DNA of 62,898 nucleotides, the filler included, from Octopus bimaculoides (lineage: Eukaryota), in the NCBI RefSeq assembly GCF_001194135.2. It is 5 parts of 4 records of this genome, joined end to end, with 100 filler letters (N's around TTAATTAATTAA, not from the genome) between each part and the next. Parts side by side here need not be neighbours in the genome. Positions count along the whole stretch, not along the records: positions 20,338 to 39,748 come from NC_068988.1; 4 more parts are not named here. The stretch is one strand, 5' to 3'. Both the position numbers and the translations under genes were made by a program. Of this stretch, positions 26,385-38,561 are shown piece after piece (position 1 is the stretch's first letter; each line of letters begins with the position of its first letter). The notes below the pieces were generated by a model, which worked only from the letters and a program-made list of their open reading frames with translations, was not told where the DNA came from and ran no database searches.

Positions 26385-26530
26385 TGCAAGGCTAGCGGTT
26401 CACAGCTGAGTGAACTGTTGCAATTTAAACTTAAGTGGGTTTTTTTTTTTAAGAACACAATGCAACACCAGCCTGGGAATCGAAACTACGAATTTGCGAT
26501 CGTGAGTGCTACTCTCCAAGTATCGACTAG
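26385..26530 (-). mobile_element. SINE family C fragment (tRNA head plus GTTGTGTYCTT.AGCA-type core); another copy at 61740-61900 (+)
   Basis: CACAGCTGAGTGAACTG..AAGAACACAATGC..GGGAATCGAAACTACGA..GCGATCGTGAG is homologous to the reverse complement of the 61740 copy. Confidence 0.6.
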
Positions 26531-26736
26531 AATGAGAGATACTGTTCTGGCCTTTATATCACTTCCTGAGTCCGCTTGTCATATTCATTTGACCAAGATG
26601 CTCCTCCATCACGTCACTACTTCTGATACTGAAGGTCTATTACTGTCAGTCAAAGTTACGAAAAACTGTTTTCGCGCCACAAATGACCTGTGATAGGAAT
26701 CGAAATTCGAACTCAAAACGCAAAGAACTAAAACAC

Positions 26737-27147
26737 CAAACCCGGGCACTAAACTGTTTATCGTTCATTAACGAAGTTAACATTTTCATTAACGATTTAA
26801 CTTTGGAGTTAACTTTGGAATTCATTATCGAACTAATTAAATTACCTTACATTTAACGTCCGCTAGCTAACTCGAGTCAACTTGAGTTAACTTACGTTAA
26901 CTTCAATTCAACTGAAATTAACGGATTTTATAGTTTTGGCACTTTTTAGAGATGTTTTTTTAGGTGGTTTTAGAGCAAAACTGATTTTTTGTTTTTTTCT
27001 ATAATAAAAATTAACGTTAATGGTTTATCGATAACTTCCGCTACATTTTTAAAGAATTAACTGATCAACGGTTACTGAAGTTAACTTTTTCGTTAACGGA
27101 TTATCAGTTAACGAAGTTAACTTTTCGATTAACGGTGCCCATCTTTG
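26737..27147. mobile_element. Non-autonomous hAT element, 411 bp, with dense GTTAAC/TTAACG subterminal repeats
   Basis: TIR CAAACCCGGGCAC / CAAAGATGGGCAC (10/13); 8-bp TSD TAAAACAC / CAAAACAC (7/8). Confidence 0.78.
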
Positions 27148-27385
27148 CAAAACACATACTGCAAGGTATCTCGTCCGACGTTCAAGCAAATTCGATCGGT
27201 TACCAACCACTTTGTACAAAATGGTATATATAATCTTATTGATCACGAAAATAATGAAGAGTGAAATTGACGTTGGCAGGATTTGAACACAAGGTGTCGC
27301 GATTCGGAACTGATATTGCATATAATAATCCTTTTCTATTCGAGGCTCTTATGACCCTGTCAATGCGCCACTTTGAATTTTATTA

Positions 27386-27784
27386 CTGTATTATCCGGCA
27401 TACAAGTCGGATTTTTTCAGAGAAAAATTTGAAGCCAAAAAATGGCAGGTTGATTTATATACCAAGACGACTTTGGAAGCCAAAGACTTTCCAAGTGAAA
27501 TGGAGCAGGACAGGCTCGACGCCAGACTTTGGTGCCTGGGTGGGTGCTTCGGAATATTCTGGGTGGGCACTAATTTGTTATAATGCTAAAGTGGAGATTC
27601 GAAATACGTGCATTATTGTAAATTTGAGGGTGCAAGATTGAATAGTGAGGAGGTAGAGGCCATCCAGTACACTCCCTCAGCGACGGGTATAAAGCAGAAT
27701 TTGGAAAGGTAGTGACGATGCTGGAACGTTTTCACTACCTGTTGACACCATATTCTACGTTGACATGTATGTCGGAAAATACGG
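27386..27784. mobile_element. Tc1/mariner-superfamily MITE (Tc2/pogo-like ends), 399 bp
   Basis: TIR CTGTATTATCCGGCATACAAGTC / CCGTATTTTCCGACATACATGTC (19/23), TA at both ends. Confidence 0.8.
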
Positions 27785-28206
27785 TATATAACGTGTAGTT
27801 ATTTTATAGATTCTGAAGTGAAGAACAAAAAGCAGTACCATTACGTGGGGTTTATGATGATCTTATTTTAACTTCCAAGAATTTTCTTCGGTCAACCAGG
27901 TATAATCCTCAGAATTGGAATAAGCTGTAAAGACTTCGCATACTAAATAATTTTGAAAGCATAACTTATGTAGTATAGGGGACCCTAACCCTAAACAATG
28001 GGCCGTGGATCATTTGATATCGGGCCGCACAGAAAGAATAAATTTTTCAGTTTTATTTGTATCTTTTGACTACTTCAGACTGGAGGGTGTTTTTGTAATA
28101 TATATGTATTATATATGGGAGAATTTACGAAAAAAACAACAGACGAAGACAGGTGGTGTAAACAACAAATGGATGTATTAGTTTAACGCTCGGGAATAGA
28201 GGAAGT

Positions 28207-28242
28207 CTTTGACGTTTCGAGCCTACGCTCTTCAACTGAAAG
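28207..28242 (-). ncRNA. Second copy of the minimal hammerhead-like motif (core CAGUUGA, probably inactivated)
   Basis: cttt-CAGTTGA-A-GAGC(gtag)GCTC-GAAA-C-GTC-aaag on the minus strand. Confidence 0.5.
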
Positions 28243-29189
28243 GAACGCAGAAAGAAACAAAGAGAGAAACAAAGAGAAAAAAATATAAATGTAGTGGTCA
28301 GCGATCTATCATGGCGATATNNNNNNNNNNNNNNNNNNNNNNNNNNNNNNNNNNNNNNNNNNNNNNNNNNNNNNNNNNNNNNNNNNNNNNNNNNNNNNNN
28401 NNNNNNNNNNNNNNNNNNNNNNNNNNNNNNNNNNNNNNNNNNNNNNNNNNNNNNNNNNNNNNNNNNNNNNNNNNNNNNNNNNNNNNNNNNNNNNNNNNNN
28501 NNNNNNNNNNNNNNNNNNNNNNNNNNNNNNNNNNNNNNNNNNNNNNNNNNNNNNNNNNNNNNNNNNNNNNNNNNNNNNNNNNNNNNNNNNNNNNNNNNNN
28601 NNNNNNNNNNNNNNNNNNNNNNNNNNNNNNNNNNNNNNNNNNNNNNNNNNNNNNNNNNNNNNNNNNNNNNNNNNNNNNNNNNNNNNNNNNNNNNNNNNNN
28701 NNNNNNNNNNNNNNNNNNNNNNNNNNNNNNNNNNNNNNNNNNNNNNNNNNNNNNNNNNNNNNNNNNNNNNNNNNNNNNNNNNNNNNNNNNNNNNNNNNNN
28801 NNNNNNNNNNNNNNNNNNNNNNNNNNNNNNNNNNNNNNNNNNNNNNNNNNNNNNNNNNNNNNNNNNNNNNNNNNNNNNNNNNNNNNNNNNNNNNNNNNNN
28901 NNNNNNNNNNNNNNNNNNNNNNNNNNNNNNNNNNNNNNNNNNNNNNNNNNNNNNNNNNNNNNNNNNNNNNNNNNNNNNNNNNNNNNNTGTACTTCAACAT
29001 TGTTCCTACTGAAAAACAAAACAAAAACATCATACAAAATCTATAATTAAATTTTTTTTTTAGAAAATATTTAATAACTTAAAAGAAATGTTTTAAACGT
29101 TATTTCTGCTCCCATTAAGGCTATACGGAACATTAAAATATTAAACCAAAACGATTTCACGTTTTTATTTTTATTTCTTTCTTGTTTGA

Positions 29190-29655
29190 GAATTACTATC
29201 ATCGTCAACGTCGCCCTCATCATCATCATCATCATCATAACAGTAGTCATCAGCGACGGTCATCATCATCGTCATCGTCTCCTACATCATAATCAGCATC
29301 ATCTTCACCACCACCACTAACATCACCATCATCCTACTACCGTCATCCAACTATCGTCGTAATCCTCATTTTCATCATCATCATCACAACCACCACTACC
29401 ACCACTGTCACCACTGTCACCACTGTCATCATCACCACACCATCGTTATCATCATAAATATCATATCATCATCATCATCATCACCAACTGTTACCATCAC
29501 TATCACCATCGTATCATCATCATCATCATCATCATCATCGTCATCATCATCACTACCATCGCCTCTACAACCACTACTCATCACCTACCACCACCACACT
29601 ACCACCACTGCCACCATCCACCGCCACACCCCACACCCACATCACAATCATTATT
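29190..29655. repeat. Degenerate (CAT)n/(CAC)n low-complexity tract
   Basis: Seen directly. Confidence 0.92.
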
Positions 29656-29919
29656 ATATAATTAATCTTAGAAACTGAACCATTTGCTGTAAATACTTTT
29701 GCTCATAAACTAACGATTTCAATAGACATAAATTCTTTAATGGACAATTTACGGGGTTGCAACAATTGCACACGCGGGAAGAATTGGATGTAGATAGCTG
29801 TTTATGATATTTTACGGTTAATACGTGCTACAGAAGTAGCAACATTACACACACACACACACGCACACACACACATACATACACAGATGCACATACACAC
29901 ACATACACACACATACACA

Positions 29920-29966
<47 letters not shown>

Positions 29967-30012
29967 TATTGTCATATAATTTACCATTATTCCTGTTAAA
30001 ATTCATATAATA

Positions 30013-30440
30013 TCAATGATATTTTGGACAATATTTATCAAATAATTTTCGCAATATTTGTATTTGGAGTGAGAGCGGAGTATTAAAATATATAATTTTA
30101 CGTTTTCTGTTTTCCGTAATGGTATTAATATTTATGTAATTAATCTTATCCTTAAAAACCATTGCGTTTAAACGCTTCATCATAATAAGGAACTGCTTTA
30201 TTGAAGTTAAATACACCAAATTAAATACTTAATAACTATATGTTAACATTTTTCACAAATTATTTGGAAGACAGCTGTATGATTTGAAGCAATATTTATG
30301 GGCTATAACTTTCCATTTAGCTGCCTATACGGATAGTATTTATTGGTTTCTAAATTTAAGGCAGTATCTAAGAAATTAACTTTGTGGAAGTGTGTATAAA
30401 CAATAATCATTTGAAGTAAATCTATATATATCTCAAGATC
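30013..30440 (-). mobile_element. Penelope-like RT thumb fragment
   Basis: VNFLDTALNLETNKYYPYR, SNH, FNKAVPYYDEA, RKRKIIYFNTPLS. These parallel the PLE at 42975-44800. Confidence 0.7.
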
Positions 30441-31169
30441 TTTTCCTGAAAATTGCTAAATTCTGAGCATTCATCGTGTGTCTGAGCATTCATAGTGTGT
30501 TTGTCATCGCAGTGTAAACCACACTGCAGTTCTCTTTAACATATTTTGCATTAATGTAGAATATTAATACGTGCTAAACGTTATAATAAAGGTAACGATG
30601 GTTGTGACCTTTGTACATCGGAAAATATGAAAAAAAATTTTTTTACGTAGGAATTCTATTTTAAACACCCATTCAAAGCTAATATCATTTTGTTGCCATA
30701 AAGCGAATTTTTTTATTGCTTAATGGTTGAACACCGGACAGTTTTATATTATATACCTAGCAAGTCAAGATGCCATATACAGGCTCTATCTTTGATTTGC
30801 TTTCAGTTGTGTATGTGTGTGGTGGGGTGTAGTCATATTACCACATGAAAACAGTACAAGTTTGTTCAACGTGTAATATCCTGGTCGCATAAATAAGAAA
30901 TTCGCCTAGCAATGATGCGGTCTTGGGTTCGACCTTACTGCGTCAGATCTTGGGTAATTCTCCTCATCTCGACCAAAGATTTTAAATGATAGGTAGTTGG
31001 AAACTGCTTGACAGCCCCTCGGGGAGATTGTACTTGTAATTCAAAGGTCCAGTCTTGTCAGATATTAAGTTACTTCGATTCTCTCAACATTTGCATTAAG
31101 TAGTACATTACATGTGTTTGTGTTATATGCTCCTGAGCCAAAATAGTGATAATAATAATAACAAAAGTC

Positions 31170-31538
31170 ATTTCAACTATAGCCACAAGGCCCGAAATTT
31201 CCGGGTAAGAGATTAGTCGATTACATCGACCTCAGTGTTCCACTGGTACTTAATTTACAGATCTCGAAAGGATGAAAGGCAAAGCCGACCTGGACGGAAT
31301 TTGAACTCAGAACGTAAAGACAGCCGAAATACCGCTAAGCATTTCGCCCGGCGTGCTAACGTTCTGTCAGTTCACCGCCCTTGATAATAATAATAATAAT
31401 CCTTTCAACTATAGGCACGAGGCCTGAAATTTCGTGGAAGGGGAATAATCGATTATACCGACTCCAGTATTCAACTGATACTTTTTTCATCGACCCCGAA
31501 GGATGAAAGGGGAAGTCGACCTTGGCGGAATTTGAAGG
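31170..31538 (-). mobile_element. Two tandem SINE family A copies (31170-31380 full; 31395-31538 3' part), each ending in (TTA)n
   Basis: GGATGAAAGGCAAAGCCGACC..TTTGAACTCAGAACGTAAAGAC..GCTAAGCATTTCGCCCGGCGTGCTAACG. Confidence 0.9.
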
Positions 31539-32958
31539 TTAGCTTTTTCCCCAACCCAGGAAATAAGTTTTACAGTTTGGAAACTATTTTTCTCTGTAAT
31601 AGTTTTAGATATTCCAGGGCAGTAAACTGATTGCTTATAATTTAGATGTTCCAAGGAAGAAAGCTTCTTAGTTCACAGTAACTGATAACACTCAAGCTGA
31701 ACTCTTTCACCGGTGCCGTGAATGCAGCAATCAGGGATATAACTACAAAGCCTAAATCTTAAACCATCCATCTCGAAGAACATCCTGAAGCCAAACTGAA
31801 TTGCAGTTAACAGTCTTGACTAAAATGTGTAATCCATTTTTATTAATTTATTCTATTTATTTATTTTTTCTATTTATTTATTTTTCTATTTATTTATTAT
31901 TTAATTATTATGTGTTGTTATCAGAGACCTCCTAGCATATCTTTTATAGCCAAAACTAGCTTCCTTTCAAACTTGTTGAAGTTGGTCCTTCTGGAAACAA
32001 TCTTCTGGGCAAATCTAAACCCTCTTCACGATAGCTGCAAGCTTTTTTATTCCTTCTCTAAAGAACTAAGAATTTCAGTCTTCTGTCGTATGTACAAGTT
32101 GCCAGACATTTTTTGTTCTTTGGAGTAGAATTACTTTTCTGGAACTATAGACTTATTTCCTTAAGGTCAGCAGGGAAACTGAGATTTTCTTTGTCAGAAG
32201 AATGTGAATTTCAGAGAATATGGAGTACTTGCTTCAAGAAGAACGGCAATTTGGTTTTTAATAATTATATGAATTTCATTTAATAATTATATCAATTTCA
32301 TTTTCTCTGAATATTTATCCAGCAGAAAAGAAAGAAAGAAAAATCTACTTAATTTGGTTATTTAAATTAAAATTTGAGCTATTTGCATAAAAACTTATGC
32401 TTTAAACATTAAAAGAAACTTCTTGTACACTTCCGATTAAAACAATCGTAAAAGTACACATCTTGACGTTCTAAATTCTTCATTTTTCAATATTTTTATT
32501 ATAAAGAACAATTCAGAACAACCATGTTACTCACTCATTTTCTATGTATAAAGCTTTAATGTCTTGTACTTTATCTGAAATACTGGACCTTACACGAAAC
32601 TTAGTAAAACACTTTTTCATTCTTAAAAATGTTGTTCACTATGTGTCGAAGAAGTATTGAACTAATTGGAGCAGATAGCTTATTTAAACTGCGACATATA
32701 CTTCACCTGCACATACCATATACGTATATATTTCATCCAAAAACGGAAAAACAACAGCATGGAACGTAAACATGCTCCTAGAAAAACACGACAAACACAT
32801 TCTTCTAAATACATTAAACAAACAAGCCATTCAATAAATCTGTTCTCAACCTCATTAGCGGCCCGATGCTGTCAGGGAAGCTAGCAAATGTCCCGCCGCT
32901 GCCACATACATATACACATATTTANNNNNNNNNNGAAGATTCGGTCAGTTAAGTCATC

Positions 32959-33210
32959 ATCCTCTCATCAGCCAGAATCGTCCTAGTTGCAATGCGTCTA
33001 AAAGTCAAGGATTTAAAATCTGTTGTACTATTTATCTGACTACGCCATTGACAGATAACACTGAAGTGTCTTTGTAACACCCCATCACGTCTGAGAAATG
33101 AACTATCACTGACGCAACCGAACGAATAGTTTCATAGACTTTAAAGTTCTTTGACTTCAAAAGCGCCGAAGCTACGCGGATTCAGGAGACAATAGCTGAT
33201 GAGAGAGGAT
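32959..33210. repeat. Diverged inverted repeat of about 95-105 bp (32959-33051 / 33106-33210)
   Basis: Shared ATCCTCTC..ATCAGC ends, and AAGTCAAGGATTTAAAATCTGTTGTACTATTTATCTGACTACGCCATTGA versus the reverse complement AAGTCAAAGAACTTTAAAGTCTATGAAACTATTCGTTCGGTTGCGTCAGTGA. Confidence 0.72.
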
Positions 33211-33307
33211 TTCTTTGATCATTTATCTTTATCCGTTATTTGTTTTCATTTCTGCATCGATTTTCACTAACAGATTCGTAGTGTACCCAATATCTTACTA
33301 ACATACA

Positions 33308-33470
33308 TCTTTATATATAAATGGCCATTTCTGTCTGTCTGCCCGTCGGTTTGTTACAACCTTGCTGCCCAAACCAGCGAATCAATCTTCAACAAACTTT
33401 ATATACATGTTGAACTAACATCCAGTTCAATTATAGGCTAATTGGATTTCAATAAAAATCAATAATGGAT
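33308..33470 (+). mobile_element. Probable Helitron 5' end fragment
   Basis: A|TCTTTATATATAAA..CTGTCTGTCTG resembles the 5' end at 54280. No 3' CTAG hairpin was found. Confidence 0.4.
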
Positions 33471-33928
33471 CGACTACGGGGATGGAGCTATTACATGATA
33501 AAATTAGAGGGGTGCAAAAGTGTTTCATTCGGGAAATGTGACATAATGAGGGTGGTTGATATCGGGGATGGGGAGGAGACAGGAAGAGGTAGACACACAG
33601 GGTATGTGAGAGACAGAGAGAGAGAGAACGACAGACAAAAACAGAGCGGGAGAGAAGGAATTTTAATTCTTTGTTCTTTCATTTCTTCCTTTCACTTTAC
33701 GCATCCGCTTTAGTGAATTAACTATCGTATGCTCAGTCAAAACTTTTACAATATGTCCAATAACAGATGCAAAAAAAAAGTGAAAGGTAAAGTGTTTTTA
33801 TATTTGTTTTCAAATCACCGTATTAAGATTTATTAAAACTTTACCAACGTACTCAATCAATATACTATATAAAATGTCTTTCCTTTTCTTTCATGAATAG
33901 CTCCTCGTTTTCCATATATACAAAAGAG

Positions 33929-33976
<48 letters not shown>

Positions 33977-34471
33977 CGTATCTTACTTATGCATTCGAAA
34001 ACTGAATTGCCGATTTTTACGTATGGGGTATCAAAAGGTTCAGTAAACTTACGAACCAAATAAACTTTATCTTCATTTACATGTTTGCATTACAAAATTT
34101 TACTTTATGATCTTTTCTATAAGTCAACTACCGTAAACCTTTTATACCACGACGACAACGACGACGATGTCACATTTTCTATATGAGTGTGTACCTTAAA
34201 AGACATCCATTTCTCTATATGTTATGACGAAATACAGTCACTCACTCTTTCTCACAGGCACACGCACAAATATATATATACAAAAAAGATGTATGCATAT
34301 GCATTTATGTACGTGTGTATGAAAGACAATGTGTATATGAGACAGAGGGAGAGAGGCCGAGTGAGTGCCACTTACATTTACATACAAAAAATACATACAC
34401 GACAACACACACCTTCACTCACACACACTCTCTCTCTCTTCTCTCTCTTCTCACATGAATGGATGTTGTTT

Positions 34472-34728
34472 TCACAGCGATAATTCTCTTCTCAGTACAT
34501 GAGTCGTTCCAGTTAACACGATTTTTTGCACTTCCTGTTGAGATGGTAAGCCTGGTATCATTTTCAAATAGGTTTCAGTACCTTTTTTCATCATTCCTAG
34601 AGATCCTACAATCACTGGTACGGCAGCCCCCTTGAGATGCCACATTTTTTCAATTTCTATTAGCAAGTCATTATATTTACTGTTCTTGTCAAATTCTTTC
34701 GCCGCTATATTGTGATCGCAAGGAATAG

Positions 34729-34730
<2 letters not shown>
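34472..34730 (-). mobile_element. 5'-truncated R4/Dong-type LINE (RLE C-terminus) starting directly after (TAA)n
   Basis: IPCDHNIAAKEFDKNSKYNDLLIEIEKMWHLKGAAVPVIVGSLGMMKKG..VQKIVLTGTTHVLRRELSL*, open for about 85 codons. Confidence 0.85.
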
Positions 34731-34792
<62 letters not shown>

Positions 34793-35770
34793 TATTATCA
34801 TCATCATCATCATCATTATTATTATTGGTGAGGCTGGTGAACTGGCAGAATTATTAGCTCCCCGTGTGAAAATGCTTAGCGACATTTCGTTCGTCTTTAC
34901 GTTGTGAGCTCNNNNNNNNNNNNNNNNNNNNNNNNNNNNNNNNNNNNNNNNNNNNNNNNNNNNNNNNNNNNNNNNNNNNNNNNNNNNNNNNNNNNNNNNN
35001 NNNNNNNNNNNNNNNNNNNNNNNNNNNNNNNNNNNNNNNNNNNNNNNNNNNNNNNNNNNNNNNNNNNNNNNNNNNNNNNNNNNNNNNNNNNNNNNNNNNN
35101 NNNNNNNNNNNNNNNNNNNNNNNNNNNNNNNNNNNNNNNNNNNNNNNNNNNNNNNNNNNNNNNNNNNNNNNNNNNNNNNNNNNNNNNNNNNNNNNNNNNN
35201 NNNNNNNNNNNNNNNNNNNNNNNNNNNNNNNNNNNNNNNNNNNNNNNNNNNNNNNNNNNNNNNNNNNNNNNNNNNNNNNNNNNNNNNNNNNNNNNNNNNN
35301 NNNNNNNNNNNNNNNNNNNNNNNNNNNNNNNNNNNNNNNNNNNNNNNNNNNNNNNNNNNNNNNNNNNNNNNNNNNNNNNNNNNNNNNNNNNNNNNNNNNN
35401 NNNNNNNNNNNNNNNNNNNNNNNNNNNNNNNNNNNNNNNNNNNNNNNNNNNNNNNNNNNNNNNNNNNNNNNNNNNNNNNNNNNNNNNNNNNNNNNNNNNN
35501 NNNNNNNNNNNNNNNNNNNNNNNNNNNNNNNNNNNNNNNNNNNNNNNNNNNNNNNNNNNNNNNNNNNNNNNNNNNNNNNNNNNNNNNNNNNNNNNNNNNN
35601 NNNNNNNNNNNNNNNNNNNNNNNNNNNNNNNNNNNNNNNNNNNNNNNNNNNNNNNTTGATTCCGGGCTGACGAAATTTCACTTAATTCACATTGCAGGAG
35701 ATGTATGAACATCACAGCATCCCATACCTTTTACCTTAACGACAAAAATAATCTCTGTTCTTTCTTTTTA

Positions 35771-35805
<35 letters not shown>

Positions 35806-36552
35806 TTCTTTCTTTCTATCTTTCTATCTATCGGGCTTTCTTTTTCTGTCCTCCCCCCTCTCTCTCTCATATATGTATGTGTGTATGTGTGTGTGTGTGT
35901 GCGTGTGTGCATGTGTGTATATATGTATGTACGTATATATGTATATATGCATGTACGTATGTATGTACGTATGNNNNNNNNNNNNNNNNNNNNNNNNNNN
36001 NNNNNNNNNNNNNNNNNNNNNNNNNNNNNNNNNNNNNNNNNNNNNNNNNNNNNNNNNNNNNNNNNNNNNNNNNNNNNNNNNNNNNNNNNNNNNNNNNNNN
36101 NNNNNNNNNNNNNNNNNNNNNNNNNNNNNNNNNNNNNNNNNNNNNNNNNNNNNNNNNNNNNNNNNNNNNNNNNNNNNNNNNNNNNNNNNNNNNNNNNNNN
36201 NNNNNNNNNNNNNNNNNNNNNNNNNNNNNNNNNNNNNNNNNNNNNNNNNNNNNNNNNNNNNNNNNNNNNNNNNNNNNNNNNNNNNNNNNNNNNNNNNNNN
36301 NNNNNNNNNNNNNNNNNNNNNNNNNNNNNNNNNNNNNNNNNNNNNNNNNNNNNNNNNNNNNNNNNNNNNNNNNNNNNNNNNNNNNNNNNNNNNNNNNNNN
36401 NNNNNNNNNNNNNCACACACACACAATGTCTAATACCCTGAAGAAAGACTCTGTCCGAAACACCACTATCCACGCTGATTTCACTGTACTCTTTCTATCA
36501 CTTGATCCATATACATACATACATACATACATACATACATACATACATACAT

Positions 36553-37135
36553 AAAAACAAGGAATACTGGTAGAACATCCCAATAACACCAATTCGGTGC
36601 AAAAATAGCAGACCTGAGATTGTACTGTGGGACATGGAGCAAAGGTCATGCATTGTTGTCGAGCTTAGCTGTCTAGCGGATGTGAATGTATAATGCAAAG
36701 TCCACGAAAGAGAGAACATTTATGGCGAAGTAATGCGGAACTTACAACTCTTGTACGTCCTTACTATTAATTCCCATTTGTACCCATCATTATTGGTGCA
36801 TTAGGTTATGTACCAATAAACTTGCTCGAAGACTTAGAAATACTCGGTTTCACGGAGAAAGGGCAAAAGAAACTGACGCGGATTCTCCAAATCCAATCTA
36901 TTAGCAGTGTAGTGAAGACTTGTAAGACATTCCGAAAATTCTCCATCTGAGATGCTCCATTTGAGCGTAGATGCACACACGCACACACTTGGGTGTATGC
37001 ATCGACAGCGCAACTAATTCAACCACATATTTACAAGGATCAGCAACTCTCTCAACTCAAAAAGCCTTGTCGCTTTGTTGGCAACCGGCATGAACTCTCT
37101 CAAGAACTTAAATAAAACCCAATGAAGAAACATCC
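36553..37135 (+). mobile_element. 5'-truncated R4/Dong-type LINE (RLE plus 3' UTR) flanked by (CATA)n on both sides
   Basis: EYW*NIPITPIRCKNSRPEIVLWD..VVELSCLADVN..ERENIYGEVMRNLQLLY..FVPIIIGALGYVP..KTCKTFRKFSI*. The UTR ends AATAAAACCCAATGAAGAAA-CATCCATCC..(CATA)n. Confidence 0.85.
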
Positions 37136-37293
37136 ATCCATCGATACATACATACATACATACATACACGAATACGTTGTTGATGTTTAAAATTCCAATG
37201 AGAGAGGTTTGGCACTAAGTTAGACACCGACTCTTACACTATTGGCAAGAAATCTAGAGATAAAATTGAATTAAAAATAACATAACGCATATT

Positions 37294-37402
37294 GACTATA
37301 CTATAGACTATACTATACTTTATACTATAGACTATACTATAGTCTATACTATAGACTATACTATAGTCTATACTATAGACTATACTATAGACTATACTAT
37401 AA
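37294..37402. repeat. 12-bp minisatellite (A/T)CTATACTATAG, about 9 units
   Basis: Seen directly. Confidence 0.9.
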
Positions 37403-37503
37403 CAGTCTGATGTTACAGCATATAAGCATCATAATGGGAAAAGTGGGCATTACTACGCTTATAGTCCTCTATACAAAATTTCTATCGTTCTACATATATA
37501 TAC

Positions 37504-37559
<56 letters not shown>

Positions 37560-37584
37560 CCGAAATACATACACACATACATAC

Positions 37585-37865
37585 TCTTTACTCTTTTACT
37601 CATTTACTTGTTTCAGTCATTTGACTAACGGGACCAAGCTGGAGCACCGCCTTTAGTCGAGCAAATCGACCCTGGGACTTATTCTTTGTAAGCCTAGAGA
37701 CTTTCGGTTCTCTTTTGCCGAACCGCTAGATGACAGGGACATAAACACACCACCATCGGTTGTCAAGCAATGCTAGGGGGACAAACACAGACGCACAAAC
37801 ATAGACACACACATAAATATATACATATATAGGACGGGCTTCTTTCTGTTTCCGTGTACCAAATT
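37585..37865 (-). mobile_element. SINE family B (body and tail)
   Basis: (CTCTTTTA)n tail, CTTGTTTCAGTCATTTGACT..GCTGGAGCACCGCC, GAGCAAATCGACCC, CATCGGTTGTCAAGC. Confidence 0.9.
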
Positions 37866-38104
37866 AAACGTTATGTTATTTTTATTCAGTTTTATCTCGA
37901 GATTTCTTACCAAGATTCGGTTTCTAACTTAGAGCAAAAACTCTTTCATCGGAATTTTAAACATCAACAAGGTATTCGTGCATGTATATATGTATGTATG
38001 TATGTATATATTCATGTATGCATGTATGCATGTATGCATGTATGTATGTATGTATGCATGCATGCATGTATGTATGGATGTATGTATGTATGTATGTATG
38101 TACG

Positions 38105-38260
38105 TATTGGGTGGAACATCCCCAATAGTATCAATTCGGTGCAAACATAACATAGCTGAGATTGTTCTGTGGGACATAGAGCAAAGCTCATGCACTGTTG
38201 TCGAACTTAGCTGCCTAGCGGATGTGAATGCACAATCAAAAGTCCACAAACGTATTTTGA
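38105..38260 (+). mobile_element. Short RLE fragment of the same R4/Dong-type family as 36553
   Basis: WNIPIVSIRCKHNIAEIVLWDIEQSSCTVVELSCLADVN. Confidence 0.8.
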
Positions 38261-38520
38261 GAAGTCCGGAACTCGAGTACAAGGTTCTCCATTTCTCTAA
38301 CGTTCTTCCTAGAGGTACGGCGAAAATATTTTTATGTTCGCCGCCCGCGCATGTCTTTGCCTCTATACATTCAGTGAAGCTTTACCTAGCGCCGAACGAT
38401 TATCGACTGCTATTTCCAGCAAAATCTAATACCTTGTGCAACTATTTCCTATTTATGATTCATTCTATCACTACGGTGCTTTACTTCGCTGGAAAATAAT
38501 AGTATTGTATTGTAGTAACA

Positions 38521-38561
<41 letters not shown>

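Noticed and set aside
31920-32230. Protein-like stretch on the minus strand (..RFAQKIVSRRTNFNKFERKLVLAIKDMLGG)
   Set aside because: It contains stops and no motif I recognise; a tBLASTx or HMM search would be needed.
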